Source of the DNA: Eledone cirrhosa | Taxonomy: Eukaryota | Direction of reading: 5' to 3' | Length of the DNA: 64,000 nucleotides | NCBI GenBank assembly: GCA_964016885.1 | Contig: OZ024745.1 | Coordinates: 10,106,001 to 10,170,000, forward strand | Shown: piece by piece, positions 29,607 through 42,070 of the stretch | Layout of the letters: each line of letters opens with the position of its first letter | Numbering within the stretch: position 1 is the first letter of the stretch | Program-made: the position numbers and the translations under genes | The notes under the pieces: model-generated | The model's input: only the letters and a program-made list of their open reading frames with translations | What the model was told of the DNA's origin: nothing | Databases searched by the model: none

Positions 29607-29954
29607 CATATAAAAAGTTTCCAATTTAAATTAAAAGCTTCCCACTTAAATTTATATAATAACCTTACATTAAGTAACTATCTTAGTGATGAAATAATTA
29701 GCAATTTTAGTAAATCCTTCAACATTTTTCATCAATTAATTGAAATAGTGTATTTCATTAGAAATATGGTTATTAAAGGGTTAAATATAAAGAAAAACAA
29801 TTTTTCTGGGTGGTATGTCCATTATTACAGCTTAGCACAACACCTTCCAGCTGAGTGAACTGGAACAATGTGAGATAGCGTTCTGCTGAAAGACAGTGTA
29901 CTACCTGCTCCAGGAATCAAACTCTCAATCTCACCATTGTGAGTATAACTGCCT

Positions 29955-30075
29955 CCGCCACCACCAACACCAACACTAACACTAACACTAACACTAACAC
30001 CATCAACATCAACACTAACACTAACACCATCAACACCACCATCACCAACACCATCAACATCACCACCAACACCAC
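29955..30075. repeat. (CAC/ACACTA)n simple repeat
   Basis: Visible low-complexity tract. Confidence 0.85.
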
Positions 30076-30093
30076 AATGAAGTATCAACTTAC

Positions 30094-30177
30094 TTTAAAC
30101 TTCTCTTGAAGCTGAGAAACTTTGTTTTCCAGTTGATGTTTGGTCATTTCATCTTGAGAAATCTGGTTCTCTAAAGT
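30094..30177 (-). CDS. Internal coding exon H (84 nt, phase 0/0): TLENQISQDEMTKHQLENKVSQLQEKFK
   Basis: Acceptor aatttgtag|ACT, donor AAA|gtaagt; stop-free 28-aa repeat. Confidence 0.9.
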
Positions 30178-30319
30178 CTACAAATTAAAACAGTTTAGAA
30201 AAGTGGTGGGTATTTGGGGGGTAGGGTGGGGTGGAGTAGGTTTTCTGTGTCCACCCCACCCAACTGTTTTCAAATTCACTTTTGTAGCAATATATGTTTA
30301 TAATTATATTTTACAATTC

Positions 30320-31955
30320 AAGTTGGTCATATGTCACAACAAAAGCCCCCTACCCACCCTGTAAGTTGGTCATACTAGTGTCACAACAAAAGCCACCTAC
30401 CCACCCTGTAAGCTGGTCATACTAGTGTCACAACAAAAGCCCCCTACCCACCCTGTAAGTTGGTCATACTAGTGTCACAACAAAAGCCCCCTACCCACCC
30501 TGGAAGTTGGTCATACTAGTGTCACAACAAAAGCCCCATATCCACCCTGTAAGTTGGTCATACTAGTGTCACAACAAAAGCCCCCTATCCACCCTGTAAG
30601 TTGGTCATACTAATATTACAACAAAAGCCCCCTATCCACCCTGTAAGTTGGTCATACTAGTGTCACAACAAAAGCCCCCTACCCACCCTGTAAGTTGGTC
30701 ATACTAGTGTCACAACAAAAGCCCCTTACCCACCCTGTGAGTTGGTCATACTAGTTACAACAAAAGCCCCCTACCCACCCTGTAAGTTGGTCATACTAGT
30801 GTCACAACAAAAGCCCCCTACCCACCCTGTAAGTTGGTCATACTAGTGTCACAACAAAAGCCCCTTACCCACCCTGTGAGTTGGTCATACTAGTTACAAC
30901 AAAAGCCCCCTACCCACCCTGTAAGTTGGTCATACTAGTGTCACAACAAAAGCCCCCTACCCACCCTGTAAGTTGGTCATACTAGTGTCACAACAAAAGC
31001 CCCCTACCCACCCTGTAAGTTGGTCATACTAGTGTCACAACAAAAGCCCTCTGCTCACCCTGTAAGTTGGTCATACTAGTACCACAACAAAAGCCCCCTA
31101 CCCACCCTGTAAGTTGGTCATACTAGTGTCACAACAAAAGCCCCCTACCCACCCTGTAAGTTGGTCATACTAGTGTCACAACAAAAGCCCTCTGCCCACC
31201 CTGTAAGGTGGTCATACTAGTACCACAACAAAAGCCCGCTACCCACCCTGTAAGTTGGTCATACTAGTGTCACAACAAAAGCCCCCTACCCACCCTGTAA
31301 GTTGGTCATACTAGTGTCACAACAAAAGCCCTCTGCTCACCCTGTAAGTTGGTCATACTAGTACCACAACAAAAGCCCCCTACCCACCCTGTAAGTTGGT
31401 CATACTAGTGTCACAACAAAAGCCCCCTACCCACCCTGTAAGTTGGTCATACTAGTGTCACAACAAAAGCCCTCTGCCCACCCTGTAAGGTGGTCATACT
31501 AGTACCACAACAAAAGCCCGCTACCCACCCTGTAAGTTGGTCATACTAGTGTCACAACAAAAGCCCCCTACCCACCCTGTAAGTTGGTCATACTAGTGTC
31601 ACAACAAAAGCCTCCTATCCACCCTGTAAGTTGGTCATACTAGTGTCACAGCAATAGCCCCCACCCACCCTGTAAGTTGGTCATACTAGTCACAACAAAA
31701 GCCACCTACTCACCCTGTAAGTTGGTGATACTAGTGTCACAACAATAGCCCCCTACCCACCCTGTAAGTTGGTCATACTAGTATCACAACCAAAGCCCTC
31801 TGCCCACTCTGTAAATTGGTAGTGCCGGTGCCACAACAAAAGCACCTAGTCTACCGTGTAAGGTGGTTTACTGGTGCCACATCAAAAAGCAGCGTCTACC
31901 CGGTTAGGTGGTAGTGCTAATACTACGGCAAAAAGCACCCAGTTCACCCTGTAAG
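30320..31955. repeat. 47-bp minisatellite (aagttggtcatactagtgtcacaacaaaagccccctacccaccctgt), ~33-35 copies, degenerate at the right end
   Basis: Direct periodicity. Confidence 0.96.
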
Positions 31956-32400
31956 ATGTTAAGGGTCCATACATAAATATATCAACCACATTTTGAAAGT
32001 CACAGTTGGTTAAATTGTAAAGCCCCAAGAATGCTAGAGAAAAGGGTTAACATTTCATATCAAATCAGCAGCAATGTGTTATGGAGCAAACTGTCAACAG
32101 CTTAGTCAATCTAGCTGTAAATAAGTACTTTGAGTAGGTATATTTCATCACTATGAATAACTGAAGAGACTGTTTGTCTAAGATGTGTAGCTTAGTGGTT
32201 AACTAATTGGATTGACAATTGTGAGGTTGCAAGTTCAATTCTCAGACTCTGCCAAGAGTTTGTAACCAGTAGATAGTATTAGCAATAGACCAATGAAGAC
32301 ATTGTTTCCTTGGTCCAATTTGACAAGTTCCACCCCACTCAGTAATTGAGGTCTGGGATCTTGTCAATTGTTTTCTAAGGAGTTGACACCACTCTTCTGT

Positions 32401-33150
32401 TTAATCCTTTATTACTATATTTCTAATTAAAAGCAGCTTATGATTTTCAAATCATTTCAAAAATATTCAAGAATTTGGTGAGATTTAGCAATATAACTAG
32501 TTTTCTCATTATTTAAGCTGGTATTTGGAGCATAACATTTGTAGATAAAATTACAATGAAAGGTTTTTAGATAAATATGAAAACTTTATAAAACAACTTT
32601 GTATCACGAAACCAAGGAGAGTGTCATGTAGTTTGGTATCATAGAACTAGGGAGAGTTCCATGTAGTTTTGGTATCATAGAACCAGGGAGTGTCATGTAG
32701 TTTGGTATCATAGAACTAGGGAGAGTTCCATGTAGTTTTGGTATCATAGAACCAGGGAGTGTCATGTAGTTTGGTATCATAGAACTAGGGAGAGTTCCAT
32801 GTAGTTTTGGTATCATAGAACCAGGGAGAGTGTCATGTAGTTTGGTATCATAGAACTAGGGAGAGTTCCATGTAGTTTGGTATCATAGAACTAGGGAGAG
32901 TTCCATGTAGTTTGGTATCATAGAACCATGGAGAGTTCCATGTAGTTTGGTATCATAGAACTAGGGAGAGTTCCATGTAGTTTGGTATCATAGAACTAGG
33001 GAGAGTTCCATGTAGTTTGGTATCATAGAACCATGGAGAGTTCCATGTAGTTTGGTATCAAAAGGGTTAATCAGGGAGAGTTCCATGTAGTTTGGTATCA
33101 AAAGGGTTAATCAGGGAGAGTTCCATGTAGTTTGGTATCAAAAGGGTTAA
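32401..33150 (-). mobile_element. Second copy of the TTAA MITE family, opposite orientation, with a 35/40-bp tandem array at its terminal end
   Basis: Starts ttaatcctttattactatatttc and ends ggtatcaAAAGGGTTAA; reverse complement ttaacccttttgataccaa...gttctatga matches 5984-6035. Confidence 0.75.
32600..33150. repeat. 35-bp minisatellite (gtagtttggtatcatagaactagggagagttccat) ending in 40-bp units that contain AAAGGGTTAA three times
   Basis: Direct periodicity. Confidence 0.93.
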
Positions 33151-33230
33151 TCAACAACAATTCTATCATCCCCACATCAAAGGGAATCTAAGAAGAATGA
33201 ACAGACATCAAGTTTCCAAAATCTACTTAC

Positions 33231-33314
33231 TTTCACTTTGTCTAGCAGACGCCGCTCTTTATTTTCTAGGGAAGATTTACTAGAACTTTCTTTCTCCAAC
33301 TGATTCTCAAGATC
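33231..33314 (-). CDS. Internal coding exon G (84 nt, phase 0/0): DLENQLEKESSSKSSLENKERRLLDKVK
   Basis: Acceptor atttcacag|GAT, donor AAA|gtaagt; stop-free 28-aa repeat. Confidence 0.9.
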
Positions 33315-33384
33315 CTGTGAAATCAATGAAGTTTTATATTATGACATTTGAAATGTTTTACCAATATCGTTGAAAGATAATTAT

Positions 33385-33715
33385 GTCATTTATAGTCAAT
33401 GTTACGCCAGAACCCAGTACAGCCTGCTTCATGGTCAAGTGGTTGGCAACTAAACCTGCTCCCCCAGCAGATCCTGGTCTGGTGAAGAAGGTAAGTGAAA
33501 CCCAGCAGCACAGAAAACAAAAGCTGTTAAAGGGGTGGATGAACTCCTCAGAGTCAACAGACATCAACCCTAACTATAGGTTAAATAGTCTCACCAACCA
33601 GCAATTGGACAAGCATGAAGACACCTACACCCTGAAGACCAAAACCAAACAGAACGTGGTGAAGGTCAACCAAGGAAGGGTTCCTCCAACAAGAGAAGGC
33701 CCTGGATTGGATAGT
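33385..33715. repeat. Dispersed repeat fragment homologous to 56050-56200 and 56630-56840
   Basis: Shared cctgcttcatggt..agtggttgg, aaaacaaaagctgttaaa.gggtggatga.ctcctcagagtcaa and ggtcaacca.ggaagggttcctccaac segments. Confidence 0.7.
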
Positions 33716-33803
33716 AAATTTACTACTATCATCTACTAAATTTATCTTATAACTCCAAGTAATCCTTACAATTCTATTATCAATGACTAGTAACCATACA
33801 AAC

Positions 33804-33887
33804 CCTAATTTTATCTTGGTTTCGTCGATCCTTGTTTTCAGCCAACTTTTTATCTGATGATTCTTTTTCTAATTGAATCTCCAGTTG
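33804..33887 (-). CDS. Internal coding exon F (84 nt, phase 0/0): QLEIQLEKESSDKKLAENKDRRNQDKIR
   Basis: Poly-T tract then cttccatag|CAA, donor AGG|gtttgt; stop-free 28-aa repeat. Confidence 0.88.
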
Positions 33888-34210
33888 CTATGGAAGAAAA
33901 AAAAAAAAAAAAAACACATCTTTAAAAGGTAAAATTTAAAAGGAAAGAAACAAAAAAAAAACAACATAACACTCCCAGAAAATCAATCTTTTCACCAATA
34001 TGCTAGTTTACTAAAACAGATTTAAATATTCTTATATGTTTCTCATTAGAAATTCAAAATAAAAAGTTGGGTTGAGGCAGATGAATCAATTAAAAATGAA
34101 AGAAATGGGAAGATAATTAACATCAATTAGTTTTTAAGCAGATACATTAAAGACACACAACTGGTAAATATATCATCTATAGCTAGATAATAGATGTAAA
34201 TATGTCTCAC

Positions 34211-34294
34211 CTTGATCTTCTCCACGTTACGACGGTCTTTGTTATCAAGCTGCTTTTTACAAGATGTTATATCATCCAATTTATTCTCTAATGA
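34211..34294 (-). CDS. Internal coding exon E (84 nt, phase 0/0): SLENKLDDITSCKKQLDNKDRRNVEKIK
   Basis: Acceptor catttttatag|TCA, donor AAG|gtgaga; stop-free 28-aa repeat. Confidence 0.9.
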
Positions 34295-34602
34295 CTATAA
34301 AAATGGAAATAAAACCTTATGTTGGCAAATCTTGAAAATTCAGAATAAGGAAATGTATTTTTCATAATTTCCACCTAAAAACTTTTAAAATAAATATGCC
34401 TTCATTAACATATCATAGAAATATTTTACCAAACATTATCTTTAGATCTACCTTTCCATGATAGCATGGGTTAGACAGGATGGTTTGAGGCAATGTTTTA
34501 CAGCCAGATACCATTCATAATAGCAACCTCTTTAGTTGATTCTTACAATATGCAGAGATAGTGTAGCTATCATAACATCCAGATTACACACCACCACCAC
34601 AT

Positions 34603-37600
34603 TGACAAATAATACATGCAGTCTGATAGTGTTGACTAATAATACAGGTAGTCTGATAGTGTTGACTAATAATACATGCAGTCTGATAGTGTTGACTAAT
34701 AATACAGGCAGTCTGATAGTGTTGACTAATAATACATGCAGTCTGATAGTGTTGACTAATAATACATGCAGTCTAATAGTGTTGACTAATAATACAGGCA
34801 GTCTGATAGTGTTGACTAATAATACAGGCAGTCTAATAGTGTTGACTAATAATACAGGCAGTCTGATAGTGTTGACTAATAATACAGGCAGTCTAATAGT
34901 GTTGACTAATAATACAGGCAGTCTGATAGTGTTGACTAATAATACAGGCAGTCTGATAGTGTTGACTAATAATACAGGCAGTCTGATAGTGTTGACTAAT
35001 AATACAGGCAGTCTGATAGTGTTGACTAATAATACAGGCAGTCTGATAGTGTTGACTAATAATACAGGCAGTCTAATAGTGTTGACTAATAATACATGCA
35101 GTCTGATAGTGTTGACTAATAATACAGGCAGTCTGATAGTGTTGACTAATAATACAGCAGTCTGATAGTGTTGACTAATAATACAGGCAGTCTGATAGTG
35201 TTGACTAATAATACAGGCAGTCTGATAGTGTTGACTAATAATACAGGCAGTCTGATAGTGTTGACTAATAATACAGGCAGTCTAATAGTGTTGACTAATA
35301 ATCCAGGCAGTCTGATAGTGTTGACTAACAATACAGGCAGTCTGATAGTGTTGACTAATAATACAGGCAGTCTGATAGTGTTGACTAATAATACAGGCAG
35401 TCTGATAGTGTTGACTAACAATACAGGCAGTCTGATAGTGTTGACTAATAATACAGGCAGTCTGATAGTGTTGACTAATAATACAGGCAGTCTGATAGTG
35501 TTGACTAATAATACAGGCAGTCTAATAGTGTTGACTAATAATCCAGGCAGTCTGATAGTGTTGACTAACAATACAGGCAGTCTGATAGTGTTGACTAATA
35601 ATACAGGCAGTCTAATAGTGTTGACTAATAATACATGCAGTCTGATAGTGTTGACTAATAATACATGCAGTCTGATAGTGTTGACTAATAATACAAGCAG
35701 TCTGATAGTGTTGACTAATAATACAGGCAGTCTGATAGTGTTGACTAATAATACAGGCAGTCTGATAGTGTTGACTAATAATACAGGCAGTCTGATAGTG
35801 TTGACTAATAATACAGGCAGTCTGATAGTGTTGACTAATAATACAGGCAGTCTGATAGTGTTGACTAATAATACAGGCAGTCTAATAGTGTTGACTAATA
35901 ATCCAGGCAGTCTGATAGTGTTGACTAACAATACAGGCAGTCTGATAGTGTTGACTAATAATACAGGCAGTCTGATAGTGTTGACTAACAATACAGGCAG
36001 TCTGATAGTGTTGACTAATAATACAGGCAGTCTGATAGTGTTGACTAATAATACAGGCAGTCTGATAGTGTTGACTAATAATACAGGCAGTCTAATAGTG
36101 TTGACTAATAATCCAGGCAGTCTGATAGTGTTGACTAACAATACAGGCAGTCTGATAGTGTTGACTAATAATCCAGGCAGTCTGATAGTGTTGACTAACA
36201 ATACAGGCAGTCTAATAGTGTTGACTAACAATACAGGCAGTCTAATAGTGTTGACTAACAATACAGGCAGTCTGATAGTGTTGACTAATAATACAGGCAG
36301 TCTGACAGTGTTGACTAATAATACAGGCAGTCTGATAGTGTTGACTAATAATACAGGCAGTCTGATAGTGTTGACTAATAATACAGGCAGTCTAATAGTG
36401 TTGACTAATAATACAGGCAGTCTGATAGTGTTGACTAATAATACAGGCAGTCTGATAGTGTTGACTAATAATACAGGCAGTCTGATAGTGTTGACTAATA
36501 ATACAGGCAGTCTGATAGTGTTGACTAATAATACAGGCAGTCTGATAGTGTTGACTAATAATACAGGCAGTCTGATAGTGTTGACTAATAATACAGGCAG
36601 TCTGATAGTGTTGACTAATAATACAGGCAGTCTGATAGTGTTGACTAATAATACAGGCAGTCTAATAGTGTTGACTAATAATACAGGCAGTCTGATAGTG
36701 TTGACTAATAATACATGCAGTCTGATAGTGTTGACTAATAATACAGGCAGTCTGATAGTGTTGACTAATAATACAGGCAGTCTAATAGTGTTGACTAATA
36801 ATACAGGCAGTCTGATAGTGTTGACTAATAATACAGGCAGTCTGATAGTGTTGACTAATAACACATGCAGTCTGATAGTGTTGACTAATAATACATGCAG
36901 TCTGATAGTGTTGACTAATAATACATGCAGTCTGATAGTGTTGACTAATAATACAGGCAGTCTGATAGTGTTGACTAATAATACAGGCAGTCTGATAGTG
37001 TTGACTAATAATACAGGCAGTCTGATAGTGTTGACTAATAATACAGGCAGTCTGATAGTGTTGACTAATAATACATGCAGTCTGATAGTGTTGACTAATA
37101 ATACAGGCAGTCTGATAGTGTTGACTAATAATACAAGCAGTCTGATAGTGTTGACTAATAATACAGGCAGTCTGATAGTGTTGACTAATAATACATGCAG
37201 TCTGATAGTGTTGACTAATAATACATGCAGTCTGATAGTGTTGACTAATAATACAAGCAGTCTGATAGTGTTGACTAATAATACAGGCAGTCTGATAGTG
37301 TTGACTAATAATACAGGCAGTCTGACAGTGTTGACTAATAATACAGGCAGTCTGATAGTGTTGACTAATAATACAGGCAGTCTGATAGTGTTGACTAATA
37401 ATACAGGCAGTCTGACAGTGTTGACTAATAATACAGGCAGTCTGATAGTGTTGACTAATAATACAGGCAGTCTGATAGTGTTGACTAATAATACAGGCAG
37501 TCTGACAGTGTTGACTAATAATACAGGCAGTCTGATAGTGTTGACTAATAATACAGGCAGTCTGATAGTGTTGACTAATAATACAGGCAGTCTAATAGTG

Positions 37601-38936
37601 TTGACTAATAATACAGGCAGTCTGATAGTGTTGACTAATAATACAGGCAGTCTGATAGTGTTGACTAATAATACAGGCAGTCTGATAGTGTTGACTAATA
37701 ATACAGGCAGTCTGATAGTGTTGACTAATAATACATGCAGTCTGATAGTGTTGACTAATAATACAGGCAGTCTGATAGTGTTGACTAATAATACAAGCAG
37801 TCTGATAGTGTTGACTAATAATACAGGCAGTCTGATAGTGTTGACTAATAATACATGCAGTCTGACAGTGTTGACTAATAATACAGGCAGTCTGACAGTG
37901 TTGACTAATAATACAGGCAGTCTGACAGTGTTGACTAATAATACAGGCAGTCTGATAGTGTTGACTAATAATACAGGCAGTCTGATAGTGTTGACTAATA
38001 ATACAGGCACTCTGACAGTGTTGACTAATAATACAGGCAGTCTGACAGTGTTGACTAATAATACAGGCAGTCTGACAGTGTTGACTAATAATACAGGCAG
38101 TCTGACAGTGTTGACTAATAATACAGGCAGTCTGATAGTGTTGACTAATAATACAGGCAGTCTGATAGTGTTGACTAATAATACAGGCAGTCTGATAGTG
38201 TTGACTAATAATACAGGCAGTCTGACAGTGTTGACTAATAATACAGGCAGTCTGATAGTGTTGACTAATAATACAGGCAGTCTGACAGTGTTGACTAATA
38301 ATACAGGCAGTCTGATAGTGTTGACTAATAATACAGGCAGTCTGACAGTGTTGACTAATAATACAGGCAGTCTGATAGTGTTGACTAATAATACATGCAG
38401 TCTGACAGTGTTGACTAATAATACAGGCAGTCTGACAGTGTTGACTAATAATACAGGCAGTCTGATAGTGTTGACTAATAATACAGGCAGTCTGATAGTG
38501 TTGACTAATAATACAGGCAGTCTGACAGTGTTGACTAATAATACAGGCAGTCTGACAGTGTTGACTAATAATACAGGCAGTCTGATAGTGTTGACTAATA
38601 ATACAGGCAGTCTGATAGTGTTGACTAATAATACAGGCAGTCTGACAGTGTTGACTAATAATACAGGCAGTCTGATAGTGTTGACTAATAATACAGGCAG
38701 TCTGACAGTGTTGACTAATAATACAGGCAGTCTGATAGTGTTGACTAATAATACAGGCAGTCTGACAGTGTTGACTAATAATACAGGCAGTCTGATAGTG
38801 TTGACTAATAATACAGGCAGTCTGACAGTGTTGACTAATAATACAGGCAGTCTGATAGTGTTGACTAATAATACAGGCACTCTGACAGTGTTGACTAATA
38901 ATACAGGCAGTCTGACAGTGTTGACTAATAATACAG
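34603..38936. repeat. 30-bp satellite (gtgttgactaataatacaggcagtctgata), ~144 copies
   Basis: Direct periodicity; 10-aa repeats on both strands. Confidence 0.99.
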
Positions 38937-39366
38937 ATGTCAGATCCGATCCCACAGCCAAGCCAAGCTAGACAGAGCTAAGCTGAGCTGGACAGAGTTG
39001 AGCTATTCTACAGTTGAGTGTGTGTGTGTATATACTGTATATATATATATATATATATAATAGGGGTGTGTATGAAAGCATATACAATATATTTAGGTAT
39101 AATAAACATGGTGCACTGGGTGCTTGTGTGGTACCAGCACAACCACTTTACAGTATGGATTCTTTAATCTGTATTGCTACACTTCTTCAGGAGTAGGTAA
39201 GATATCACCTGGAGATATTACCTATAATAAACTAATGTTTATTTCTCATTTTTATGTCACAAATCTTCAAAGCTGCTCAAGAAACATATATTCTGTATTT
39301 ACCTTAACAGATACCTGTAAATTAGCACCTTAAAGGTTGCTCAAGAGACATATATTCAATATTTAC

Positions 39367-39450
39367 CTTAACAGATTCCTGTAAGCGCTTCTCTTTATTT
39401 TCAGCAAGTTTCCTACCAATTCTTTCCTGTTCTAGATCATGTTCAAATGC
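39367..39450 (-). CDS. Internal coding exon D (84 nt, phase 0/0): AFEHDLEQERIGRKLAENKEKRLQESVK
   Basis: Acceptor tttcttttccag|GCA, donor AAG|gtaaat; stop-free 28-aa repeat. Confidence 0.9.
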
Positions 39451-39608
39451 CTGGAAAAGAAAATTATACATACATATATATTGAAGCCAAACTCCAGAGT
39501 AACAAGACTCACTATTTAACCTTAATAAATGAATATTAAAATTCTACTCCGGCATTGAGTACCCTTTTCTCTCAACTGTCAACCATATATATTTATATAT
39601 ATATATAT

Positions 39609-39757
39609 AGTTGGCGCTAGGAAGGGCTTACAGCCGTAGAAAACCAGCAAGAAACTCTCCCATATGAGCGAGACATGGTCACCCGACCCAACTTGCCTCT
39701 AAATGGGACAAACCCGTCTAACCCATGCTAGCGTGGAAGATTGACGATGATGATGAT
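39609..39757 (+). mobile_element. Short RTE-derived 3' end (truncated LINE or SINE) next to (TA)n
   Basis: gttggcgctaggaagggc..cagccgtagaaaaccagc..aacccatgctagcgtggaaga..(gat)n, homologous to 61689-61858. Confidence 0.75.
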
Positions 39758-40859
39758 ATATGCATGCCAGTGCATGTGTTAATATTTTTAATATTTATGT
39801 GCATAAACATATATATACCAAATATATATATATATATATGTGTGTGTGTGTATATATATAGATATATAAAGCTTTATGTATAAGGGTTAGAATAGGTACA
39901 GTATATCCCTGCATACAGTAAAAGACAACTAAAAGAATTGGTGCCCAGAAAAGCATCCAGCAATAAAATATTGCCTTAAAAAGTCCTGTCCAGCCCATAC
40001 CAACATGGAAAAGTTGATGTATAAACAATGATGGAAACAAAACCTCGTTCAAAGTTGGTAATTGAAGTGATTAGAATCAACAGTATTGCAAATCTAATAA
40101 GACCTCGTCCTGTGTTAAAGGTTCTACAGGGGCCTTTCATGATAAAGTAGCTGTCATATACCATCATTATTCTTTCACTTGTGTATATTTCAAGTTGGAC
40201 TTAAACTGAAGGTACATCAGTTTTTAAATGTAATATTTATCAGACAGCACATTGGCAGTCATTAGAATAGTGGATAAAATGCTTTGTTTGTGGTATTTGT
40301 TCTGGTTCTCTGCGCTCTGAGTTCAAATCCTGCCAAGGACGATTTTCATAGTCAAATAATAAAAGTACCAGTCAAATACTGGTAGATCCTTCCTTTATAT
40401 ACCTCTCTCTCTCACTCACTCTGATAGAAATCAGCTGGGTGTTCAGACCTGGAGAAGGGATGGGCCCCACCAGGTTTTTAAAAATGTCCAAGACATGTAT
40501 ATCACTATAGTGTCCCTACAACTCTACCAGGAGTTATGAGTCCATACACACATTCATCATCATCATGGTAGAACGTCTATTTTCCTTCCTTACATGGGTT
40601 AGATGGGTTGTCACATAATGAGACAACTATTTACCAACTTGATTGAATTAGTAGTAGAGAAAGTTGCTCTGAGAAGATAGTAGCTAAAAATAGGTTTGAC
40701 AAACTACTATCTCTGTTGACAGTTTCTCTCACTGAACAAAAGATTAGTTGCATGATGCCTAGGCATGATGTGTGATGTTGGGAGTGAAGAAATGAAGCAT
40801 AGGCAGTAAATGTGGAGGGCGTAGAGAAATGAAGCGAGCTAGCTTTGATAGGCATGTGA

Positions 40860-41205
40860 TGTTTATATGTGTGAATGACAGAGCATGGATGAGCTGAGAG
40901 AAAAGTTGGAGATAAGAGGAAACAGTGTGCAGGAGAGAAGACTGCGGTAGTAAGAACAGGATATATGATGTATACGGATGATAATCATTGAGTGAAGAAG
41001 TGCCAAGAAATCCCAGTGGAAAGAAGCTACAATAGAGAGATAACAGAGGATGAACTGGGCGGAGGCTGTGAGAGCTGATCTTAAATCACTGAAGATCACA
41101 GAAGAGATGACAAAAGAATGCAACAAATGGAGAGATGCTGGGCTGGAAAAGACCTGTCCAACCCATGCAAATATGGAAAAAGAGATGTAGAACAATGATG
41201 AAGAC
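40860..41205 (+). mobile_element. Old degraded RTE LINE 3' remnant
   Basis: Decayed C-terminal coding similarity (W..AVRADLKSL, WRDA..EKT) followed by an aacccatgc..tggaaaa tail. Confidence 0.5.
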
Positions 41206-41271
41206 ATATATATACATACAATTGTGTATGTATATATATATATATATATACATGGAGATAGATGATAGATA

Positions 41272-42070
41272 TATTTCTTTATTTGCCACAAGGGCGCAAA
41301 AGATGGGGACAAATACAATTGGGAAGTTTACATACAAGGCGTGTAAAAATGTATAACAAAACTGCTGAATAAAACAAACGAAATCCCCAATAGGGGGGAG
41401 GCGTTACAAATGGGTTGCACACACCCCGAAAAAAAATGTACAACCCTCATCTCCAGGAGCACGAAGAGTGAGCACTCCTCTCCTCCTCTTCTTCTTCCTC
41501 GACCTACAGGCTTATATAAAGAGAAGGCCCAACCACTCGGGCCATCCTTGCCACATTCACCCACTTTTCGTAAAATTTGGTGGGGTGCAGCACCTCTCTC
41601 CACTCTAATTCTTCTTCTAAAATGATATTTGAAGAAGCGAACCAGTTGTTCGCCGGAGAGAAAGGTGTCTGACCTCAGCCCTTTCAGTCTCGTCCACCAT
41701 ATAGCCTCTTTCACCATAGCCATTACACAGAGGAAAACAGCTTCTCCTTCGTTTTTGAAGGAAGGTAGCGGTTTGATCGCAATAATGGACTCGGTAGTCA
41801 ACCGGATTTGTCCCACCCGCGACAGTAGTCGTTCTGCGTAGCACAGGTCGTTAACGCTCGGGAAATGTATGAATGCGTGGGCGACGGTTTCCTCATCCCG
41901 CACGCATCTCAGACAGATCTTTTTCGAGGGATCCCTGCCCAGGCGCCAGTGTCTGTAGAGCTTGTCTCGAACGGATAGAGCTCCTCGGTAGCACTGCCAG
42001 GCCAGGGACTTTTGGAAGTTGTCCCGGGCGGAAGGTCCTACCGAACAGACTGGCCAGTTTGTCTTCCTCT
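41272..42070 (-). mobile_element. 5'-truncated Tx1/L1-clade non-LTR retrotransposon fragment with 14-bp TSD
   Basis: Minus-strand peptide SLAWQCYRGALSVRDKLYRH...ICLRCVRDEETVAHAF (zf-RVT-like zinc knuckle, frameshifted); AATAAA near the 3' end; flanked by atagatgatagata at 41258-41271 and 42071-42084. Confidence 0.8.

Larger units (their letters stand above)
5984..29784 (+). mobile_element. TTAA-flanked piggyBac-like MITE whose left end has been amplified into a ~23.6-kb satellite
   Basis: Left end TTAA-CCCTTTagttacca (5984); right end tggttattAAAGGG-TTAA (to 29784); unique MITE body at 29607-29780 is homologous to the copy at 32401-32600. Confidence 0.8.

Noticed and set aside
6236-29858. 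Very long ORFs (up to 1980 aa) of VLLNKTSYSNPLVTNPAL repeats
   Set aside because: A 54-bp unit (18 codons) that happens to be stop-free in one frame; broken by frameshifts, derived from a MITE end, and intronic/antisense to the real gene.
34536-38971. 1200+ aa ORFs on both strands (LTNNTGSLIV / VLLVNTIRLP)
   Set aside because: 30-bp satellite artefact; no unique N- or C-terminal domains and no sign of synonymous bias.
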